Shown here: positions 26,296 to 36,376 of the stretch, piece by piece | How the letters are laid out: each line of letters begins with the position of its first letter | How positions within the stretch are numbered: position 1 is the stretch's first letter | NCBI GenBank assembly: GCA_977017645.1 | Contig: OZ360219.1 | Coordinates: forward strand, 125,612,001 to 125,676,000 | Source: Torpedo marmorata | Lineage: Eukaryota | Length of the DNA: 64,000 nt | Direction of reading: 5' to 3' | Made by a program: the position numbers and the translations under genes | Notes under the pieces: model-generated | Databases searched by the model: none | Seen by the model: the letters and a program-made list of their open reading frames with translations, nothing else | What the model was told of the DNA's origin: nothing

Positions 26296-26308
26296 TGGGG
26301 GCTCGTCC
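26296..26308 (+). promoter_or_regulatory. tRNA-Pro primer-binding site of G1
   Basis: TGGGGGCTCGTCC(TAGGAT) matches the established tRNA-Pro PBS TGGGGGCTCGTCCGGGAT; G2 has TGGGGACTCGTCC at 55347-55359. Confidence 0.85.
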
Positions 26309-26424
26309 TAGGATTTGAATTAAAAATCCATCTTGGTAATTGAAGGAATCCCAGTTTGGTTTAAGACATTCCTTTTGTAAAGCTAATTAAAAGCTAGTAT
26401 GTGTGTAACGAAAAACCAGCAACA

Positions 26425-29400
26425 ATGGATGTAGAACATTTTTTGGAATCACCTGAACCTGATACTTTAAAAAAGGCAAAAAAGGAAAAGTTAGTGGCTA
26501 TAGCAACAGGGTTTGGCTTTGCTTCAGTAAAATCATCTATGACAAAGGCAGAGATTGGGAGAAAAATTGTCAAATACTATATAAAAGAAAAAAATTTGAG
26601 GAGAGTGTGTTAGAGCAGTTTCCCAAGGGGAAACCTTCTGAAAACATACAGTTGGAAATAAAGAAATTGCAATTGGAACAAAAGAACAGGGAATTGGAAC
26701 AAAGGAAATTGGAATTGGAGGCAGACAGGGAACAAAAGAAATTGGAGGCAGCCAGGGAACAAAAGAAATTAGAATTGGAGGCAGACAGGGAACAAAAGAA
26801 ATTAGAATTGGAACAAAAGAAATTAGACACGGAATTAGAACTAAAGAGACACGAGAATGATGAGAGAAATAGGAGATATATGCTGGAAAAGATAAAGTTG
26901 GAAAATGAGGGGAGACAAGAAGAGCACCAAGATCAAATTCGTCATCCTGCTGAGGGGTTTTTGGCTAGTAGAGAAGTTAGGTTGGTTCCTCCATTTTAGG
27001 AGGCAGAAATAGATAAGTACTTCCAGCATTTTGAGAAGGTGGCTGTGAAATTAAAATGGCCACAAGACCAATGGTCTCTTATGTTACAAAGTGTAATAAA
27101 AGGAAAAGCTCAGCAAGCTTATTCTACTCTTACCACAGAGCAAGCTGCTGATTATGAAACGGTGAAAAAGGCTATACTACAGGCTTATGAGTTAGTTCCA
27201 GAGGCTTATAGACAGAAGTTTAGAAATTTAAAATGATCAGCAACCCAATCTTACACAGAGTTTGCCTATGAAAAGGTTGTGTGTTTTGACCGGTGGTGCA
27301 CATCTAAGGCAGTAAACAATGATTACAATCAATTGAGAGAATTGATAATAATCGAGGAGATAAAAAGGTGTGTTCCTGAAGATATTAAGGCATACTTAGA
27401 TGAAAAGGATGTGAAAACTTGGCAAAATTCAGCTAAGTTAGCAGATGAATATGCTTTAACCGACAAGCCTAAGTGGACGTCAGGTAGAATTTTCCAAAAG
27501 GTCACTGTGGATAATCAGAAGCAAGTGGAAAGTAAATTTGGAAGTGGTGTTAAGGAAAGGGATGAAGGAAAGCGGAAAAGGGAAAACAATTCGGGTCCCA
27601 TTTGCCACTACTGTAGGAAGGCTGGTCATATGCTAGCAAGCTGTCCAGTGTTGAAAAAGAAGGGAGAAAAGGATGCAACACCTAATGCTTGTATTCAGAG
27701 TGAGAAGAGGCATAACACCCAGGAAGGAGATAAATTTACTGACAAAGTTAAAGATGTATTTAAACCTTTTGTGACTGATGGTTTTGTTTCAGTTAAGGCA
27801 GGATCAAAACAAGTTCCAGTGAAAATCTTGCGAGATACTGGAGCTGCTCAGTCACTTGTGTTAGATAGTGTCTTGGAATTTTGTGAAGCTACTGACACTG
27901 GTGACATAAATTTAATTAAAGGAATTGGGGGTGATGTTGAGTCCATTCCTTTGCACAAAATAGTGTTGGACTCAGACTTGGTGGAAGGACCTGTTATAAT
28001 AGGAGTGAGATCAGAGTTGCCAGTAGAAGGAGTCTCACTGTTGTTAGGCAATGATTTGGCCAAGGGTACAGTAGTTCCTGCAGTGCGAATGACCACTAAG
28101 CCAGTCATTGATAAGTCAGAGAAAGACTCTGATATTTATCCGGCATGTGCCATAACCAGGGCCATGTCTAAGAAAAATGTCACTTTAGAGAAGGCAGTGG
28201 AAAATAACTTGGTGAAAGAAAAAGACAGTGATCATCAAGAAAACCTGGAAAAGGTTGAGCAATCTCCTATGTTACACCCATCCACTGATAAGACACCTAA
28301 AGGCACAGATTTGTCACTATCCCGACAGGAGCTAATAGCACGGCAAAAGGACGATCCTGATCTTGCTGAGGTGAGGGATAAGGTTCTCTCTGAAGAGGAG
28401 ATTAAAAAGGTGCCAGTGGGTTATTATGAAAAAGGTGGGGTGTTGATGAGAAAGTGGAGACCATGTGATGTTCGTGCCAATGAAGAATGGGCAGTAGTGC
28501 AGCAGGTTCTGATCCCTAAAGTATATTGGGATGAAATAATAACTTTGGCTCATAGTACACCCTTAGGTGGTCACCTTGGTGTGAAGAAAACTATAAGGAA
28601 GATAATGAAACAATTTTATTGGCCCAGTTTAAGAAGGGAGGTTGTAAGCTTTTGCCGGGCCTGTCACACTTGTCAGGTGCGCTGGGGAAACCTAATCAGG
28701 GTCCTCCGGTGGCACCCTTGCAACCTATCCCTGCTTTTAGTGAGCCTTTCTCGAGAGTAATTGTGGACTGTGTTGGCCCATTGCCCAAAACCAAAGCGGG
28801 GAATGAGTATTTGTTAACAATTATGTGTGCAGCCACCAGATTTCCAGAGGCCATTCCTCTGAGAAACATTAAAGCAAAGTCAATTGTAAAGGCTGTGGTA
28901 AAATTTTTCACCTTGGTAGGTTTGCCAAGGAAAATTCAATCAGATCAGGGCAGTAATTTCATGTCAGGCATTTTCCAACAAGTGGTTGATGGACTGGGAG
29001 TTAAACAGATTGTATCCTCTGCGTACCATCCAGAAAGTCAAGGGGCCTTGGAGAGGTTCCATTCGACTTTGAAAAACATGATTAGAACTTATTGTTGTGA
29101 AAAGGAAAAGGATTGGGTAGAGGGGGTTCATTTGTTGTTTTTTGCAGCGAGGGAGTCTGTCCAAGAATCACTTGGTTTTAGTCCATTCGAGTTAGTTTTC
29201 AGACATGACGTGAGAGGTCCTTTAAGATTATTAAAAGAACAGTGGACTAATAGTGATGTGCATTTAAATCTGTCAGATTATGTTTCTAAATTTAAGGATC
29301 GGTTGAATAGGGCTTGTGAGATGGCAAAGGAGAATTTAAAGGCCACTCAACAGAGAATGAAGGTTTGGTATGATCGAAAGGCTAAGATGAGAACTTTTAA

Positions 29401-30353
29401 ACCTGGTGAGAACGTATTTGTTCTGTTTCCCATCCATTCAAATCCTCTTAGGGCTAGATTTTCAGGACCCTATAGAGTTAAGTCAAAAATTAATGATGTC
29501 ACCTATGTCATAGAAACACCTAATCGCAGACGAGACACACAGGTCTGTCATTTGAATATGATTAAGCCATATTTTGAACAGGTACCGCATAAAGAGACTG
29601 AACATTTACCAGAGGTGCTGGTTATTGACAGGGGTAAGGAGGAGACAGATAAAACCAGTTTCAGAGAGGGTCATGGGACTGTTAATTCTGAGTTATGTAG
29701 TAGGACAGGGGCAGTTGGCGCCAGTAAAGGCAAAGGTTGTGACTATTTCCGAGTTCCCTGTTCCAACTGGTAAGAAAACTCTGAGGAGGTTCCTGGGAAT
29801 GATTGGCTACTACCGCAAGTTCTGTGAAAACTTTGCTGATCTTGCGCTCCCTCTCACAAATTTGCTCAGAAAGAAAGAAAAATTTGTATGGTCGACAGGT
29901 TGTCAGGAAGCATTTGTCAAATTGAAAGCCATGTTATGCCACCAACCTGTGCTTAAGTCACCTAATTTAGAACAGTCGTTTTCTTTAGCCGTGGATGCCA
30001 GCGAGGAAGTTGTGGGCGCGGTGCTGTTGCAGAAGAAGAACGAAGAGGACATTGACCATCCGGTATCCTACTTCTCGAAGAAGTTCAATGATCATCAAAG
30101 GAATTATTCAAACATAGAAAAAGTGTTGTTGGCTCTTGTGTTGGCTCTACAGCACTTTGATGTTTGTATCTGTACCACTCAAAAACCAGTCATAGTGTAT
30201 ACAGACCATAATCCATTGGTATTTCTTTGTAAAATGAAAAATAAGAATCGACGGTTGTTGAATTGGAGTCTAATTTTGCAAGAATATGATTTGGTAATAA
30301 CACATATAAAAGGGAAAGATAATGTAATTGCTGATTGTCTTTCTAGATGTTAA
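26425..30353 (+). pseudogene. Disrupted gag (coiled coil, SCAN-like capsid, CCHC), protease, integrase and RNase H of G1
   Basis: WPQDQW...AYELVPEAYRQKFR, CHYCRKAGHMLASC, LRDTGA, HSTPLGGHLG...CHTC, VDCVGP, SDQG, ALERF, AVDAS, YTDHNPL, ADCLSR; several stops and frameshifts. Confidence 0.9.
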
Positions 30354-31104
30354 ACTTTATCAATGAAAATAGTTCATATTTTGTATTTGTGGATGAACAT
30401 TGTAGATTTTGTTTATAATGTGACACCTCAATTAATTTCCAAAATTTTGTTCTTGCAGACCAAAATTTTCTTTGTGGGTGGGAGGTGTTATGGACCATGA
30501 CTGACCATTTGCACTGCGGATGGTCAGCAGGAAGGATGAAGTCTTTTGGAGTACACACTGGGACCAGGCACTGAAAGAGTTAACTTGCCCAGGACTTGGT
30601 GTACCCAGAGAGAGAGAGAGAGAGAGAGAGACCAGAGAGGGACAGGCTGTGGAAAAGATACTTTGTTGCACTTTTGCAAAAGCAGGTGCAGACCTCTGCA
30701 AAACCAGGCAGTTTGGAGTTGCAAAGGCTAGAGAACACAGCAAAATCCAGACTTGTGCATCCCAGGGGAAAAGGCTGGAAGAATAGCATATGGCCTCCTG
30801 TCTCAGAGAAATCTTGAGTTAAAGCAACTTTTGTGGAGAACAGTGTGGTAAACCACTATAGTATGTATATATGTATTGTGGGCTGGGGCAAGTCTGACCA
30901 TGACCTGTCTGTCTGTCCCGGTGACTCCTCCCCCTTTCCCCTGGAATAAAGGCCTTGAGCCATTGACTCCACCCACAGTTCCGGGACAGTCCAGCAGGGA
31001 TCACCAGGTCAAGTGTAGCTTAGCCCTGGCCTGATTTCTGGTATTAAAAGCCTATTGATTTCCTGCACTTCCTGACTCGCGCTAGTCATTGATAGGTACA
31101 TCAA

Positions 31105-31117
31105 TTTTAATACCAGA
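31105..31117 (+). promoter_or_regulatory. Non-tRNA (putative self-priming) primer-binding site of Gypsy B
   Basis: TTTTAATACCAGA is the reverse complement of the LTR segment TCTGGTATTAAAA (31037-31049). Confidence 0.75.
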
Positions 31118-31127
31118 TCTCAATCTG

Positions 31128-34100
31128 ATGGAGAATTTTCTGAGGCCGGACAAGCTGGACATCGACCCCCTGGCCCAAGACGCCGCAAGTGACTTTGAAC
31201 TCTGGCTACGCTGCTTCGTAGCCTTCCTGAGGTCGACCAGAGCGGTTACCAACGAGAATAAACTCGACATCCTCATGTCCAGGGTAAGCAAACGGGTGTA
31301 TGGCACTGTCAGAGACTGTGATACCTATGAGGATGCCTTGGAAGCCCTCCGAAGACTGTACCTGACGCCGGTGAATGAAGTATACGCGAGGCACAGGTTA
31401 TCGCAACGGCACCAGCGACCCGGAGAGTCGATCTCTGAGTATATCCAGGACGTGCAGCTCCTGGTGCGGGTGTGCGATTGCCGAGCCCTGACGGCTGAGC
31501 AACACACTGAAATATTGGCAAGGGACACTATCATTATGGGGCTCAGGTCGGTTTACATTCGCCAGCGATTGCTGGAACACGCCGACCTGACCCTGAGATC
31601 TACTGTCCAGACGGCCCTCACGCTGGAGTCGGCGCTCAGGAACGCTGACGCTATGCAGGCGCAGCCTGCCTCGTGGATCGCCCCAACCGCCAGCCCTGCA
31701 AGCAACGCGACGGTCGCTGCCGTCTACCGGGACCCGATCGCCGCCGCCGACGCTATCCGTGAGTTGGCCGCTGCCGCCACTACCCGGGAGCCCGCCGCCA
31801 TCCGTGAGTTAACCGCTGCCGCTGTTACCCGGGAGCCCGAGAAGTGTTACTTCTGCGGGCTCGACAAACACCCACGTAAGCGCTGCCCGGCCCGAGACGC
31901 GACTTGTTCTAGCTGCGGCAAGAAAGGCCACTACGCTAAGGCCTGCCGCTCCAAGTCGCGTATGGGTCCGAGCAGTGCCGCGTGTGAAGTAAGGGAGCGG
32001 CCATCTTACCTGTCGTCACTTCCGGCGGTGACCTCGTGCGAGGAATGGAGGCGGCCATCTTGGCCTTCGGCATTTCCGGTATCGACACTTCTGGCACGGC
32101 CATTTTATAGCCTCACCGCGGCACTTCCAGCACTTCCGGCGCCGCCATCTTGTAGCGACACGTGCGACCTACGGGAGCTGCCATTAGCGTCGGATCAAGA
32201 CGGCTCGTCGGATCAAGACTTCGTCCCGACCCTGGCATCCGTGACGCTGGATCAAAGCGCGCCCCATCAGCTGTCCAGATCGATGATGGACATATTAGTT
32301 GAGGGGCATAAGAATACCTGCCTGTTCGACACAGGCAGTACTGAAAGTTTTGTTCACCCAGACACCGTCCAGCGCTGTGGCCTCACAGTTGTACCGGTAA
32401 GCCAGAAGGTGGCCATGGCGTCTGGAACTCACACAACAGACATCCGGGGGGGTTGTGTGGCGAACATAGTAGTGCAGGGCACGGAATATCGCGGGTTTTC
32501 ATTGATGGTCATGCCCCGTTTGTGTGCTCCTGTATTGCTGGGACTGGACTTCCAAAGCCACCATGCACTATGATGGGCCCCACCCTCCGATCGTAGTGAC
32601 CAACCCCCAGTACTTGAACAATATGCCCCAGACTACCTGTGGTCTCTCCACGCTGAAGACCCAACCCCCGCCACTTTTCGCCAACCTGACCCCTGACTGT
32701 AAGCCTGTAGCAACTAAAAGTAGGCGATACAGTGCAGGGGACAGGGCATTCATTAAGGCGGAAGTGCGTCGTCTACTGGGGGAAGGGATCATCGCACCCA
32801 GTAACAGCCCCTGGAGAGCTCAGGTAGTCGTAGTGAAGAACGGGGATAAGAGCCGGATGGTGGTGGACTATAGCCAGACCATTAACCGGTTCACGCAACT
32901 GGACGCCCATCCGCTGCCAAGAATCGCGGATATGGTCAACCAGATTGCGCAATACAAAATATTTTCCACCATCGACCTAAAATCGGCTTACCACCAGCTT
33001 CCGATCCGCCGGGAAGACCGAGCGTACACTGCTTTCGAGGCGGACGGCAGATTATTCCATTTTCTGCGCGTCCCCTTCGGGGTAACAAACGGGGTATCTG
33101 TGTTTCAACGGGAGATGGACAGGATCATTGACCAGTTCAAACTCACTGCCACCTTCCCGTACCTGAACGACATCACCATTTGTGGTCATGATCGCCAGGA
33201 TCACGATAGGAACCTTCGGAAGTTCCTACAGGCGGCCAAGACGCTGAACCTCACTTATAACGAGGAGAAATGCGTGTTCGGGACTACCCGACTCGCTATC
33301 CTGGGGTGCGTCGTGGAGAACGGGGTGATTGGACCCGACCCCGACCGCATGCGCCCCCTGTTGGAACTTCCGATTCCCCTTACCCCCAAAGCCCTTAAAC
33401 GATGCCTCGGGTTCTTCTCGTATTATGCGCAGTGGGTCCCAAACTACGCGGACAAAGCCCGACCCCTCGTCAAATCCACCAAGTTTCCCCTGGCAGCGGA
33501 GGCACGTGAGGCCTTCGACCTCATAAAAGGGGACATTGCCCGAGCAGCGATGCACGCGGTGGACGAGTCGGAACCTTTTCAGGTAGAGAGCGACGCATCG
33601 GACTTCGCACTGGCTGCTACCCTCAACCAGGCGGCAAGACCGGTAGCGTTTTTCTCCCGCACCCTTCAAGGCCCCGAAATTCGGCACTCCGCGGTAGAGA
33701 AAGAGGCCCAGGCCATAGTTGAGGCTGTTCGGCACTGGAGGCACTATCTCGCCGGAAAACATTTTACCCTGCTGACGGACCAGCGCTCCGTCGCATTCAT
33801 GTTTAACAGCCAGCAGCGGGGTAAAATCAAGAATGATAAAATCATGAGGTGGAGAATAGAACTCTCCACCTACAATTACGACATCCTGTACCGGCCCGGG
33901 AAGCTCAACGAGCCCTCCGATGCTCTATCCCGGGGATCGTGCGCCAGCGCGCAGATCGACCGAGTATACTCCCTACACAACGACCTCTGCCACCCAGGAG
34001 TCACCAGTCTGTTCCACTTCATCAAAGCACGGAACCTGCCTTACTCCCTGGAAGAGGTCAGAACCATGACCAGCAGCTGCCGAGTCTGTGCGGAGTGCAA

Positions 34101-35103
34101 ACCACAGTACTACCGCCCCGACAGAGCACAGCTGGTCAAGGCCACCCGCCCGTTCGAACGTCTCAGTATAGACTTCAAGGGCCCCCTTCCCTCCACGAAC
34201 CGCAACGTGCAATTCCTTAATATCATCGATGAGTACTCGCGGTTCCCCTATGCCATCCCCTGCCCTGATACCTTGGCGGCTTCGGCTATCAAAGCCCTCC
34301 GCCAGGTATTCACCTTGTTCGGGTTCCCCAGCTACGTCCATAACGATCGAGGATCCGCGTTCATGAGCAAGGAGCTGCGGCAGTACTTGCAGACCCGAGG
34401 CATCGCCACCAGTAGGACCACGGGGTACAACCCGCGGGGGAACGGACAGGTGGAGAGGGAGAACGCCACTGTATGGACAGCTACACTACTGGCCCTAAAA
34501 TCTAAAGGGTGGCCGGTGGCCCGCTGGCAGGAGGTTCTCCCGGATGCCCTCCACTCCATACAATCCCTCTTATGTACCGCCACTAACGCTACCCCTCACG
34601 AACGTCTCTTTTCCTTCCCCAGAAAATCGACCACCGGAACTACCCTCCCTGCCTGGCTGACGTCCCCGGGACCGGTGCTACTCCGCAAACATCTTCGGAG
34701 TAGCAAGTACGAGCCCTTGGTCGAGAGGGTGCAGCTGATCCACGCGAACCCGCAGTACGCATTCGTGGTTTTCCCCGACGGGCGGGAAGACACGGTGTCA
34801 ATACGGAACCTGGCGCCTGCAGGAGCGTCAGAAGAGGTCCCCGACAGCGGGAACGCCGGGTCACAGCTGCCCCCTCCGCCACATTCGCCTCCCAGCACGG
34901 CGGGTACAATGCCCCAGCCGGAGCTGGAAGAGCCACAAGCCAGGCAGGAGGCAAACCTGACCCAGACCCACCCTACCCTCGTTCCACAACCACAACCATC
35001 ACCGCAGGTATTATGTGCCCCCGTTCCACAACCACAACCATCACCGCGGGTATTGCGCAGGTCACAGCGGCGAACCCGGCCGCCGGATAGACTCAATCTG
35101 TAG
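31128..35103 (+). pseudogene. gag-pol of Gypsy B, frameshifted near 32562, with an RT active-site change to YLND
   Basis: Colinear with the Gypsy A ORF; 14-nt deletion between CACC repeats; YLDD changed to YLND. Confidence 0.92.
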
Positions 35104-36376
35104 ATATGATGGTGACTATGTAAATAACCTGTGTATATTTGTGTGATCTTTAATTACGGTATCCACTTCACCCCCCCCGTCGGACTTGTTCTAAAAGAAG
35201 GGGTGAATGTGGTAAACCACTATAGTATGTATATATGTATTGTGGGCTGGGGCAAGTCTGACCATGACCTGTCTGTCTGTCCCGGTGACTCCTCCCCCTT
35301 TCCCCTGGAATAAAGGCCTTGAGCCATTGACTCCACCCACAGTTCCGGGACAGTCCAGCAGGGATCACCAGGTCAAGTGTAGCTTAGCCCTGTCCTGATT
35401 TCTGGTATTAAAAGCCTATTGATTTCCTGCACTTCCTGACTCACGCTAGTCATTGATAGGTACATCAAACAGGCGTGAGATCAGTGAGACCAGCTGTGAG
35501 ATCCAAGCACACGCCTCAATCAGTGGTATACTGATTTGGAGTCGCAATCCTCGTGAATCTCTACCAAAAGGGAAAGTCATCAGAGAAGATAAAAACAAGC
35601 CAAGTATTCGTAAGCATAAACAGTCATTGTCTCTCTCCAACGTTCATTGAGAAGTCCTTCTGGCCAGCACACAGAGCTGAATTTAGATCCTGAACATAGA
35701 GAGTGAATTTTTGTGGACTGTATTATTTTTCTGACTGACTTGTTTTTATGACTGACCTGGGCTTTTTGGGGAAAGTTTTTCCATTTTTACATGAGGGTTG
35801 GGCACAGACTGTAATGGTCTGGGCTTTACACACACACCTTTTAGATAAGAATAGTGTTTATAGACTTTTATAGTGGGGTTAATTGTTGTGAAATTATATG
35901 TTTAATTTTCTTTAATAAATATAAATTTCAATTTTCCCCCTTTTGCATTGCGTCTTCTTTCACTGCTGGTTTGATTTTGTAACACATTAATCTTAAATTA
36001 GAGGTTGCGGTACATAATTTCAGATTTTCAGATTTCAGATTTATTGTCATAATACAGACATGACATCACATACAACCCTGAGATTCTTTTACCTGCAGGT
36101 GAGGCAGAATTACCACTTATTGGAAGTGCAAAAAAAAACTGTACACAACGTAAACATGTAAACAAATAAAGAAATGTAAACAAACTGACTGTGCAATAGA
36201 GAGAGAGAAAAATCAATAAAGTGTAAAAATAAGAGTCCTCAAATTGATTGAGTTTGTTGTTGAGGAGTCTGGTGCTGGAGGAGAAGAAGCTGTTCCTGAA
36301 CCTGATGGTGCAAGTCTTGTGGAACCTATACCTCTTTCCTGATGGCAGCAGTGAGAACAGAGCATATGCTAGGTGA

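Larger units (their letters stand above)
30844..35467 (+). mobile_element. Full-length Gypsy LTR retrotransposon B (sister subfamily of A), nested in the G1 3' LTR
   Basis: 260-bp LTRs at 30844-31103 and 35208-35467 (2 differences seen); TSD AACAG (30839-30843, 35468-35472); PPT 35193-35207. Confidence 0.97.
26106..35984 (+). mobile_element. Gmr1-like Gypsy LTR retrotransposon G1 (RT deleted; 3' LTR split by Gypsy B)
   Basis: TGTTA...TAACA termini; 4-bp TSD CATT; internally deleted 5' LTR 26106-26291; 3' LTR 30486-30843 plus 35473-35984; PPT GTGGGTGGGAGG; order gag-PR-IN-(RT missing)-RH. Confidence 0.92.

Noticed and set aside
26660-26840. Regularly spaced direct repeats resembling a CRISPR array
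   Set aside because: No unique spacers; in-frame coding repeat of Gmr1 gag in eukaryotic DNA
30605-30640. (GA)n and (CA)n microsatellites
   Set aside because: Internal parts of the Gmr1 LTR, seen in the other copies as well
32524-32573. Apparent gag/pol ORF overlap suggesting programmed frameshifting in Gypsy B
   Set aside because: Explained by a 14-nt deletion relative to the single ORF of Gypsy A
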